From contig NC_087436.1 of assembly GCF_036321535.1 (NCBI RefSeq), positions 98,768,001 to 98,832,000 on the forward strand: a DNA stretch of 64,000 nucleotides, read 5' to 3'. Source of the stretch: Camelus dromedarius. Taxonomy: Eukaryota. Shown here one piece after another: positions 39,345 to 51,358 of this stretch (the stretch's first letter is position 1; the number at the start of each line of letters is the position of its first letter). A model generated the notes under the pieces. It did not search any database. It saw only the letters and a list, made by a program, of their open reading frames with translations, and had not been told where the DNA came from. The translations under genes and the position numbers were made by a program.

Positions 39345-40994
39345 ATATTCCTTGGATCAAAAGTCATTGCACATGGAAGCAGGCACTATAATCTTCTCCG
39401 ACATTAGAATCTCAAGGCTGCAGTGAGGAAGGAGTAGCTCCCCAATGAGGGGATATCAGAGACGTGCTGTTTTCATGGGCATGCTTTTGTGAGTTAGGCA
39501 GATATTCCTTCGTGTCAACTACATCTTACTTCTCTTGACATTGAAAAGAAAAAAAAAATCATGCACATACAGAATCATAAAGGAACATAGGTATGACTTG
39601 GCACTGAAATTTTAACCAAAATATTTCATTTAAGGAATAAGTATGGTGACTTTTTAGAAAATATCAGTACCTGAATGATCTTCTATAGACATAACTAAAA
39701 GACTCTCGTATTTTGAAAAATATGAAATGGCTATCTAACATATTTATACACAAATTTGTAGAGCAAGCTTCTTTAAAATCTAAAACATGCAAAAAAATAA
39801 CTTTCAGTTAATTAATATCCTTTTCTAGTGTGCAGAATAAATATGGAAAGAGCTCAAAGTGGTATTATGCCAGCACATAGGCATAATTCCAGTCAAACAT
39901 CAACCCTAAATAATGAGGACTTATACACGAATTATGATTGAAAATAGTTAATTATCTCATATGCAAATATTGTCTAATCAGGGACATCCAAATCACCTTA
40001 CAGCCAAATATTTCACAATTAGTCTTTGACATATTCTGTGAACTATACTAAAGCCATGCCCTCAGCGATATAAAAGCACAAATAAATCCAGGACTGCAGA
40101 TAGTCATTTATTCATTTCCTCAGGTTAGGTACAATGGTGACAGCATTTTCAAAATTATCAGGGCCATACAGACATTGGAGCTTAAGGATAAGATCCAATT
40201 TTATAACAATCTGTTGAACTATAAGCCATTCTAATGACATAAATGTCCACCATAGTAATTAGCATCTTGAGTGATGATGTTATGAATACAAAGAAACACA
40301 GCATACCTAAAATAAAACATTTATATAATATGTTTGATGAAAAGAAGGCAAACTGTGAATGAAAATTTAAGTTTTTTTCTAATTTGTTTGTACCGTATGT
40401 ACCAATATTTGTGAATACCATTTCATTAGAAATGTGATTATGCCAGGAAATAAAATAATAAAGACTGAAAATGTTGACTTTCTATATTTAATGTTTGTGT
40501 ACATAAATACAGCCTTTCACTGGTGATCCATAGAGCTTCAAAATTTTGGAAGCTAAAGTATGCTTTGCCAGACAGGAGCTGTGTAGACCTAACTATCAAG
40601 AAACACCAGGAATCATTTTCTCGGTTATTTTATTAGTAGTAGATTCTCAGTGTCAGCATTTCCTGCCCAGATACCCGAACATCATTCAGTTTCATTAGGG
40701 GCAAACTAACATTAACTAACACCAAGATTAGTATTTAAACCTGTTAAACAAAGCTGATTGTTATAGGAACTGAAATATTTACTCGAAATTGACAAAAGTG
40801 TTCCCTCTCAATAGACAAAGCTAAGTGAGGACCCACAGTTTTACCAGGAAATCATTTGATATACATGGAATCAATAAAAGAAAGTTGAAGAGAAGTGATG
40901 TCAATAAGATTGTGTTCTGTGAGATTCCAGCACTTAAATCCTGACAAAACCACTAATTTTAACAACCACCAATTTTTATAGGCATCTAGGTATT

Positions 40995-42880
40995 CAGCTA
41001 AGAGGTTCCAGCATCTCAGTGGAGCCAAAAATCCAAGAATAGACATACTGAAGAGGATAAGAACAGTTTCATTTTACCTGCATGTTGCCTCTCCCCAGTT
41101 GGCACAGCTCTGTGCCAAAGAAGACCTTCAGCCCACAATTTCTGCATGGAGAAAAGGGAGAGTGACGTGATCTCCCTGCTTCCCCAGATTTGGAAAATGC
41201 TGCTCAAGAGATCTAAATTTTCCTCACCCCTTCCAGAATACCGAGAGACTGGCATGACTGAATAGTCCGGGAGCAGGGGAAAGGGGCAGAGGCTCACAGC
41301 AACTTGAGCATGGAGCTCAGTAACTGGCTGCAGATTCTAACTGGCTCTCAGATTCCATGAAGAGGCCAACCCAGGAACCCCAAGAGCAACTCACCTGTAC
41401 ACCCCTTCAAATAGCTGGCATGTACCCCAAGTACTTGGCATGCCCCTCTTTGTCAGTGCCCCATGCTTCCCTGCAGAGGGTGGCACAAGCTTCCACAGAC
41501 ATGGATTCCCCCAGAAGGCACAGGGATACGAGCATAAAGCTCGACTCTGTTAGACTGGGAGGATGCACAGACCTGGGACACTTCCGAGCACAGCCTTAGG
41601 AATAATCAATGCAAGTTTCTCAGCATCCAGCTGGCTTTGAAGGATTGAAAACAGACACAATCCTAAAACTTCTCTCCCAAGAGGGAGAAAGAGGAATAGA
41701 GCAGACTTTTCTTATCCATAGAAAAAGTCTAAGATATTCCTTGAGTCGCTGGCTGGACTAAATGGTCTTTTTCTTCTGAATCCAGTCAGTAAAGACCAGA
41801 GAAGGGGACTGCTTCCTCAAATGTGAAAGCAGCAATGGAAGGCTTCAAGCAACACTAAGAATCAAGGAAATACGCTACCACCAACAGAAGACATTAAAGC
41901 CCCAAGAGCTGATCCCCAAAATGGGGATGTATGTACCCAGGGCAACCTGAGTGACTGTGGCTGCGACAAGGAGAATCGAAGCCAGTACCACCGGGACCAG
42001 GGCTGGAAGTGAGGTGGCTGCTCTGCCAACACCCGCTATGGCATCGGCTTCACCAAGGCCTTCGTGGATGCCTGGGAGATCAAGCAGAATGCTCGGACTC
42101 TCATGAACTTACACAATGACGAGGCAGACCAAAAAGGAGGCAGCCAGCCCGGGAAGGGAGCCAGGCGGCTCTTGCAGAGATACTGCAAAACAGCTTATTC
42201 ATAACGGCTGGTGTTGGCGCTCCGGTGATGGGCCCCAGGGCTCTACCCTTGGCCTCATTCGGCTTAAATCTGCTGTCGATTTGCTGCTGGTCAGAATTTC
42301 TGTGTGGCATGAAGGTTGTCAGTTACTGAAGAGGCTGAATCATTGAATCCCTGTTAAAACATATTGATTGTAACTCAGCAAGATGGAAAAAAAAATTAGC
42401 CTGACAGAGAATTTAAAATAATCATCTTAAGTTTAGTGAGCTATGAGAGAACACAGATGACTAAACGAAATCAGGAAACCAATACATAAACAAAATTTAA
42501 AATTTAACAAAGAGATAGAAAGCATAACAAAGAACCAGTCAAATTCTGGAGCTGAAGAATACAATGATTGATCTGAAAAATTTAATAGAGCACTTCAATA
42601 GCAGTCTCGATCAAGCAGAGGTAGGTATATAGGTAGCTTTTGCCAAAAGGTAAGTATACAGTCAAATTCAGAATACTCTAATACTGTAATGGTGGTGTGT
42701 AAGCCACTTTTAACTCTAGTATGAAAATTTAAAGACAAGAGTATTAAACATATCTATACCTGCAATCATTTGTTAATGAATATGCAATATAAAGAGATGC
42801 AAAATGCAATATTAATAACATAAAATGTTTGGGAGAGAAGTAAAAATGTAGAGTTTTTATAAAGAATGGTCAAAGTTAAG
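40995..42880 (+). mobile_element. Old L1 5' UTR, partial ORF1 and inter-ORF region, interrupted by the WNT7A insertion
   Basis: GC-richer 5' UTR; ORF1-like aagaatcaaggaaa...aaaatggggatgtatg resumes after the insertion as gcctgacagagaatttaaaataatcatctt and aaattctggagctgaagaatacaatg. Confidence 0.75.
41932..42395 (+). pseudogene. WNT7A: 5'-truncated WNT7A retrocopy fragment: exon-3 part (41932-42136), non-canonical 3' segment and A-tail
   Basis: 41932-42135 translates as [67 protein letters not shown], about 55/68 identical to recalled human WNT7A. In-frame TGA at 42010-42012; A9 at 42387-42395; embedded in L1 ORF1. Confidence 0.92.
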
Positions 42881-44198
42881 GTATTTTTAAACTATTTTTT
42901 AGAATAATTTTAGGTTTACAACAAAATACAGAAATTTCCCACATACCCCTTGCTGCCCACACATGCGTAGCCTCCCCCCCTTGTCAATGTCACTCATCAG
43001 TGTGGTATATTTTTTACCAAGGATTAGGTAAGACACATCATACAATGACAGATTATAATCAACGCAAATCATTTAAATGCTCTTCCTTTCTTTTTGTAGA
43101 TCTGAGTTTCTGGTTTCTGACCTATATTGTATTTCTTCTCTCTAAACAATTTCTTTGAACATTTTTTTGCAGTGCAGATCTACTGACAACAAATACACTC
43201 AATATTTGTTTTTCTCAGTAAGTCTTTATTTTTCCTTCACTTTTAAAGAAAAATTTTATGGAGAACAGATTTCTAGGCTGGTAGATTTTTTTTCTTTCAA
43301 CATCTTAAATATTTTTCTCCACTTTCTTCATCCTTGCATGATTTCTGAGAAGTTAGACTCAATTCTTATCTTTGTTTCTCTATAAGTAAACTGTTTTTCC
43401 CTTCTATATACTTTCAAGAATTTTTTTTTTATCTTTGAATTTCTGTAATTTGAAAATATACCTTGGCATAGTTTCTTTTGCATCTATTCTTCCTGATGTT
43501 CTCTGAGCTTCCTGGATCTGTGATTTAGTGTCTGACATTAATATGAAAAGTTCTCAGCCATTATTGTTTTAAATATTTCTTCTGTTATTTTCTGTATGTC
43601 TTCTCTTTCGTGTACTGTTATGCACATATGTTACATTTTTTTAGTCATCATACAGCTTTTGAATATTCTGTTCTATTTTTTTTCCAGTCTTGATTCACTT
43701 TGTTTTTTTGTTTTTGAGGAATCTATTGATGTCTCCTTTAGCTCAGAGATTTTTTTCAAGCCACATCCAATCTACTAATAAGCTCATGAAAAGCATTTTT
43801 AATATGTTACAGTGGTTTTTATCTCTAGTGTTTCTTTTAGGTTCTCTCTTAAGGTTTCCATCTCTGCTTACACTGCTTATCTATTCTACACAGTGGACTT
43901 TATCCATTAAAGTCCTTAGCATCCTAATCATAGTTGTTCCAAATTCTTGGTCTGATAATTCCAACATCCTATCATATCTAGCTCTGGTGATTGCACTTTC
44001 TTCAAGTAATGCTTTTTGCCTTTTGCTATGCCTTGTTATTTTCCTGTGATAGCAGGACGTGATGCATGGGGTAGAAGGAAGTGCTATAAATAGGCCTCCG
44101 GGAAAGTGGTGGTGAGGTGTGGCGGGGGGGAAAGTATTCGATGGTCCTATAATGATGTCTCAGTCTTTTATTGAGTCTGTGCCTCCGGATGATGACCT
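42881..44198 (-). mobile_element. Antisense, internally deleted L1 (L1MC-like 3' end joined to ORF1/5' region)
   Basis: Antisense 3' end (tttagaataattttaggtttaca...cccacatacccc) to ~43070, then antisense ORF1-region motifs (gtagatctgagtttct..., ctctgagcttcctggatctgtg). Confidence 0.7.
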
Positions 44199-45850
44199 TA
44201 AAATCCTAAAATTTGTATGGAACTGTAAAAGAACCCAAGGAGCTATCTAGAGAAAGAACAAAATAGGAAGCATCACACTGACTTAAGGTTATATTATACA
44301 GCTGGAACAATTACAATACCATTGTACTGGCATGCAAACAAACACATATACCAATGGAATAAAATCGAGAGCCCAGAAATAAACTCATGCGTAATGTTTA
44401 ACTGATCTTCAATAGGGTGCCAAGAATACAAAATGGAGAAAAAACAGTTTCTTAAAAAAATGGTGTTGTGAAAACTGAATACCACTTGCCAAAGAACAAA
44501 ATTGGATCTTTTTCTTATACCATACACAGAAAATCCGTGATCTTTTTAACATTGGTCTTGACAATGAGTTTTTGGATATGACACCAAAAGCACAGGCAGC
44601 AAAAGCAAAAATTAACAATGAGATTGCATCAAACTAAAGAGTTTCTACATGACAAAGGAAATAATCAACAAAATGAAAAGGCAATTTACAAAATGGGAGA
44701 AAATATTTGCAAACCATATCTGATAAAGGCTTAATATTCAAAATATATAAGCAACTGATACAATTTAATAGCAAAACAAAACAAATCTTAACAACCCAAA
44801 AAACAAATAATTTGATTTTAAAATGGGCAAATAACTGAAAAGACTTTTATTCAAAGAAAACACACAAATAGTCAACAGATATATGAAAAGGTGCTCTGCA
44901 GCATCACGGAGACGCACATCATCAGGGATGCAGCCAGCAGGGAAACCCAAATCAAAACTACAAGTAAATATCACCTCGCATCTGTTAGGCTGATCATTAT
45001 TTGAAAAGGAAAAGAAAAGTTTTGGCTAGCACGTGGAAAAAAGAGGACCCTGGTATACTGTTTGTGGGAATATAAATTATTATAGCAATTATGGAAAATG
45101 TATGGTGGTGCCTAAAAAATATTTTAAAAATTAAACTATCATGTGATCCAGCAATCCTCCTTCTAGCTATTTAGTCAAAGGAATTGAAGTCAGAATCTGG
45201 AAGTGGTACCCACACTCTGATATTCATTGCAGCATCATTCACAATAGCTAAGATACAGAAATAACCTAAATATCCAACAATGGATGGATAAAGAAAATCT
45301 AATATACATGCAATAGAATATTATTCAGCCTTAAAAAAGAAGGAAATTATTTTTACATGAATGTGAATGAACCTGGAGAACACTATGCTAAGTGAAATAA
45401 GCCAAAGGCAGAAATCCAAATATTATATGATCTCACTATCTGTAGAATCTAAATCAGTTAAACTCAGAAACAGAATAATAGATGGTGTTTGCTAGAGTCC
45501 ATAGGGATGGGGAAATGGGAGGTGATGGTCAAAGGTACAAAGTTTCCATTTTGCAAGGTAAGTTCTGAAGACCTACTATATAGAATAGTGCCTATAGCTA
45601 ATAATATTTTATTATATAAAATTTGTTAAGAAGGTAAATACTATGTCAAGTGCTCTTACCACACACAAAATACAATAAGGAAGGTGATAGAAGGAATGTT
45701 GGGAGGTGATGAACATGTTTATGGTCTTAATGGTGGTGATGGTTTAACAGGTGTTTACTTATCTCTAAACTGAAATTGAGTTGTATGTATTAAATATGTG
45801 CAGCTTTTACACAGTAATCATATCTCAGTAAAGTAGTTTTTAAGAAAATC
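44199..45850 (+). mobile_element. L1 ORF2 3' part plus 3' UTR
   Basis: aaaatcctaaaatttgtatggaac..., tgatccagcaatcctccttct..., atgctaagtgaaataagcca; 3' end catatctcagtaaagtag. Confidence 0.88.
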
Positions 45851-46223
45851 AAAGGAAATTTAATTGTATAAATTTAGTATTTTGTTGGCTTCAAATTATC
45901 CACATAACAAAAGAAAATTTAATTTATGACCTCTTCACCAGAAATTTGACAATTAGATCAGTGACTCAGTTTTCCAATATTCAGTCCCTTTATGATTGAT
46001 AATACAATTTCATTCCTTTTAGCCTGAAATTCACTTTCCTGAAAATAACTTTTGGACTACATGTTTACATATCTGACTTAAAATTCAGTGGATGAGATTG
46101 CTTCCCTATTTTCAACATCATCCACCTACCTTCCTCTGAGTTAATACTGTGTAACAGCTCCAGATATGATGCAATGAATTTCAGTCCCAACTAGTGTAAA
46201 ACTGGAAGCATTTTAACTCATTA

Positions 46224-46777
46224 TGAGGCAGGAAGACAAGAGGACAGACATTTTGGAAAGGACGAGGGACAGCCTTGGGCAAAACAGGCCTTGCAAACTC
46301 CAGAGCAAAGGCCCTGGGGGCCTGCATCCCAGAGACAAAAATCAGGTTCCCAAGAATAAAAGATTAACTTCATCTCTGTTACACTAATGAGTATACCTAG
46401 TTGCCCCAAGACAAGGAAGGAGGTCAACTATAAATTTTAACCCTATGTGTTCCTGTGCTCTCTTGCAGAAAATTCCCATGTATTTCTCTCTCCTGCAGAA
46501 GGACTCTCTATCCTGACAGCCACCATGGAGCCACCTGATGCTGATCAAAGAGTTTTGATGATTTCTGGAAATTATCAGTGACCATGAGGCAAACCCTCCC
46601 TTTTGTTATAAAAGCAACTGGCCCCTTCCACTTGGGGAGCTGGCATTTTTTCCCACCTTCTCTTTGAAGCACAAGCCATCTCTTTTATAAAACGATTTGC
46701 TTGCCTAAGAGTCTTGTGGAAACAATATTCATTTCTACGATACTGCTGTCCAAAAGTCTGTAAAGGACATGGTAACA
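46224..46777 (+). mobile_element. ERV1-like solo LTR
   Basis: TGAGGCAGG...GGTAACA termini, perfect ATTA TSD (46220-46223 and 46778-46781), TATAAAA near 46607. Confidence 0.85.
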
Positions 46778-49169
46778 ATTAGGTCATCAATAGAGAAAAT
46801 GAATCTCAATATAATTTAATCTCATTAGTTAATGTATTGATGCATTTTATTTCATATTTTTCACATAAATATCTTTTATATTTAAAATTTCCAAAAGTTA
46901 AATGAACATGTAATGCCTGTGTTTAATTACTCACATTCAACCCACTGTCTTATTTCAGTCGTCTTCCATTTTGCTTTAGTCCTAATATTGCATACTGGTT
47001 TCAGTTTCTTTGAACCTCTTTAAGGTACTTTGTGCTGCAGTATACTAGCAGATGTGTTTGTCTAATTATTTCTTATCTTTTTCTCTGCCTCATAATTTTG
47101 TTCACATTTGCTGTGGAGATTTTAGAAATCATCTAGATTGTTTGGTACAGGAAGGAAATCAACCCTGGACTGCCTAATTACTTGCAATCTTCCTGTTTAT
47201 CCTTGGATGCATTTTCAGTCTTACGAACAGTGGGCATATTTGTTAACCCTTCCTAAATACACAGCTCCACTGTACTTCCCACCATAGTCTTCTGCAAGAC
47301 AAACTATTTTTATATTGAAAGTGGATGAAGTAAGCAGTAAGCCATGGCATTCTGGAAGAAACATATTTGATTTGACATTTTGAAAATAAACTATAGCTTA
47401 AAAGCTTTACATGAGTCACTACTATATACAAGTGTGTATATATATATACATATGTGTATATATGTACATATATTTACACACACATCTACAGTTATCTTAA
47501 TCAATTACTTATATATCTCAGGGTGTTTTGTTTGTTTTTTGGTTTTGGGGGTTTTTTATGTACTTTTAAATGTCCTGACATTTGTCTACATTCATGTCTG
47601 TTTGATTCACTTCTACAAACAGAACAAGAAAGACAAGGACAACAAAAAGAAGATACTAGTTTAGAGAACATAAATTCTTGCAAAAACGGAGAAGCACAAA
47701 ATGGAAGGAGTAATTGAGCATGGTGATATTAAATCTCAACAAAATTATTAATCAGGACTTTGGGCAAAAGTCTAATGTTCATTTTCCTTTGCTTTTCTTC
47801 ATGACTCAGACTCTTCAGAGAAGAGCTTTTCAGGGCATGATGGCAAAGGGAATGAAAGTGATTCTTGTTATGTGTGAAACAGAGATTTGGTTGAGTGAAA
47901 GATTTTGACATTCAGATTAAATAAAAAGAACTGAAACTAATTAGACCACATAGACTGCAGAGTTATGTTCACACAACAGTTTTTTTTTTTAACTTTTTTC
48001 TTCAAATTTCTTCTTATTCTGTATTCAGAGCTGATGGAAGGATGTGTGATCTAAATAATAAGTGAGCCACTTACATTATCTAGGTAGGAAACTTCTGATA
48101 TATTCTACTAATATACATTTTCTCCTTTTCCCTTTATCACCAATCTTGTTTATAAATTTTATCTCCTTACTTTCCATTTTTGCCTTCTGTGTGTTTTTTA
48201 ATACCTAAGAGATGCCATATAAATAACTGTCAAGGAGACCTGAATTAATCTTATATCTGTTCAATATTTGACATTTTCCAGTTCCTCCATAATATTCCAG
48301 CTAAGCATACATATGCCGTTAACCTCTTTCTCCTCTGTGTTTCAGTGCTCAGACTTCTCTCATTAATCATCTGTACACCTAGAGAGTCTGTTCTTTTCTA
48401 AAACTCACACCAGACTAAAGCTTTAGAGATTTGATAGGCATTAGATATTTTTTACTTCCAAAAGAAGAATCAAAATGTCTCATAACTATCAAAATGAGGC
48501 TTAGGGAAAATATGTTTTAGACAGACTTTGGCTAAGAGGAAAAAATACCATCAGGTCCAAGTACTCCAGTGACAAATTTCAAGTGAAAAAGCAAGACCTT
48601 TTATTTGACTGAGATACTTATCCTAATTTAAATAGATAATGCATGATATCAGACATTTTGGTGTTTTATGTATAATTGGTAAGATTAATAATAGATTTTA
48701 CAGAAAATTAGCTCATTTATCTCTGGGGTGACATGAGATGCTAAAATTAACTCTAGGAAATAGAAAATACTTTGATTTTACTTGACTATTTCAAGTACAT
48801 CTTTAGGGGATGTCATTTTTTTTTAAGGATCTCGCTTTCATGGGTGTTAAGCATATGATAAAAGGATGCAGAAAACCAGCAAATACACTGTTAAAATTTG
48901 CGAAATGGCTCATTGGCTTATGGACTGAAATATTTACAAGGTTACTACGTTCCTCATTAGGAAAACATGATTAATTCCTCACTCATTAGCATACTTTTTT
49001 TTTCCTTTTGAAAATCCAGAGACTGTCTTACCTTATTGATGGAAAACAACATCATTTCTTCCAAATGAATTTTATTGGCATCTGAAAAACTGAATTTGAA
49101 GCTTTTAGTGACTTGTGCTATCTGGTTTATTTTCCTGAGTTCTTTCATTCTAGCCACGTTGCCTCCCAT

Positions 49170-50250
49170 CAACTTTTTTCATTCATTTATTGACAATCTC
49201 TCCATTCATTCACAACTTAGTATATACTGAGTTGAATCAGTTGAGGCAGATTTGAAAATTAATTAAATTATTATTGCTGTCAAGCCTAATCAAAGAGGCA
49301 GACATATAAAAATATTTGAAAAATGTTACTGTCATGCTGGAAGTCACTAGTAAATATGAAAGTAGCACAAATTGAGGTTGATTGACGAACTCCAGTCAGA
49401 GAGTACAGGAAGTCTTTAGGAGAGCAGAGACATGAAGTGGATTTTGAAGGTTTGGGAGGTTGACTTAAGGAGGCCAGCAGGGGTTGGCAGTCGGGTACAA
49501 AGTCTCAGGAAAGGATAACCCCATGGAGTAATTTTAGAAATTATCACACTTAATGAACTTAATATGGCTTTAACATTGGACAGAAGTGGCTAAAAATAAG
49601 GCTAGATATATTAGACTAGTGTCAGGTTTGTATGCTCAGCTAAAGAGGCTTAACATTATTTCTGGAGGAATGGGGTGTCATTCTAAAGAAAAGGAATCAT
49701 ATTGATAGATTTCTGTTTTAGTGAAATTATCCAAGTTACAGTGAAAATGACTGAGCTGATGTAGGCAAAACTAGAGGCAGAGAGACAATGTTAGAGTTAT
49801 TTAATAGTGTAGATACGGGAGGAGGAGAGTTGATCTAACCCGGGAATACTGTGAAGGATGTGCTAAAGAATACACATGAGCAATTATCACAAATGTGAGA
49901 GATTATAATCCTGGAGTCGACAGACATTAGGGAACAAATGGAAGCAGCAGATAAGGGAAGAAAGAAGTTTTCATTAAAAAAAGTTTTATAGAAGGAGAAG
50001 TACAGTGTGTATTTTCACCCTAAGGTACCTGTGGGTTGTTCAGATGAAGATGTATACGGCATTCAGTAAAATATCCAGTCCTGGAAAGATTCTAGGGCCA
50101 CAAGTATAGAATTAACAACTATCAATGCATAGGTAGTAATGGGACCACTACTACTGCTAGTAGAGAGGGATCCATGGTACAGATCGTGGACTAAAATTAG
50201 GACTAGGGAAGTGTTCCAAACAGCACACTTCAGGGAACAAGCTAATCAAT
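49170..50250 (-). mobile_element. Degraded L2
   Basis: ttcattcatttattgaca start, then a long purine-rich antisense L2-like tract (gatttctgttttagtgaaattatc, aaactagaggcagagagac). Confidence 0.6.
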
Positions 50251-50429
50251 AGCTCACAGAAGTACCTGTTTTACATTTAATCAGATGTGAATTTTTGGAG
50301 AAAGAGATTTTTAATGAAAGTTATCCTTAGCTAAAATAAATTGAATGAGAGGGTGAATTTCTAGAATCTGAAGAAAAAATATTTCTTTTTCCAAACACTA
50401 ATTCATTCATCTGTCAATGAATGCTTTTG

Positions 50430-50652
50430 GAATGGCGGTTTATTGACCTCATGGGGCAAAATTTGCCCATGTCGGGGGTGTGTGGAAAAAACCCTTACTC
50501 TTTTAATGTATAAAACAGAGGTGCACATATAGTAAATAAACAGATGTATCTCTGTAGTACTAAATTTCTAGGGAGACAATGATTTGGGGGGAAAAACTAT
50601 ATTTAAGAAGTCTCCTGGGAAGGGAGCAATAAAAGAATTAAGAAACACTGGT
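50430..50652. mobile_element. hAT-Charlie non-autonomous element remnant
   Basis: Terminal ttaagaaacactg|gtctag typical of Charlie elements; internal tagtaaataaacagatgta. Confidence 0.45.
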
Positions 50653-51226
50653 CTAGTAATGGGTGACGTCTTCTATTATTTTGTAAAGATATCTCTGTGT
50701 GTCGTATGTGATTTGTGAACTCTTGATGTCAACTCTCATACCAAATGTGATCTGATGGCCACAAAATCACAAGGACTGGCAATTTCCCTCTTACATTTTT
50801 ACACCACTTTCACAGTTTGGCATTTTGACATATTTTGCCCGCTCAGCTGTTGTGGGCATGAATGTCTCTCTGCTTAGTCCATGTCTCTGACAGAACAGAA
50901 GGTTTTAATTTTGAAGAAGCCAGGAACTTAGTGTCCAAATAATTAGTGTTACTTATTGGAAAATCATGAATGACATCATCATCAAAAATCACTCCCATTT
51001 TGAGAGCTTCCTTCCTCCTAGGATACTTCCATTTAGTTTATCACGTTTTTCCTTAACATGATCATTCAAATGAGTTGTCTTTAAAATTGTTTTAAATTTA
51101 TGCACATTTGATGGAGCTTAGATCTTATAGAGAGGATATTTTTAGTTGCATGTTAAATTTTGGATAACTTTTTGGCACCTATGGTGTTCTGCATAAAGAA
51201 GCAAAGAAAAAACTAGTCATTAACCA

Positions 51227-51358
51227 TTTTTTTTTTAACGTTTTGAGTGGGCAACAATTAGATTTATTTATTAGGTTTTTTAACAGATGTACTGGGAATT
51301 GAACCCAGGACCCTGTACACATTAGGCAGGCACTCTACCACTGAGCTATGCCCTCACC
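51227..51358 (-). mobile_element. tRNA-derived SINE (camelid vic-1-like)
   Basis: Minus strand has A box TAGCTCAGTGG and B box GGTTCAATTCC with an A-rich tail; flanks share aaactagt. Confidence 0.88.

Noticed and set aside
41932..42136. A functional WNT7A exon of a host gene
   Set aside because: In-frame TGA, substitutions at conserved residues, starts mid-exon with no acceptor, sits inside an L1, and no other Wnt exon was seen in the window.
51285..51358. tRNA-Ala-like sequences (also near 840-914 and 24695-24772)
   Set aside because: These are SINE heads with A-rich tails and, in one case, a perfect TSD; they are not tRNA genes.
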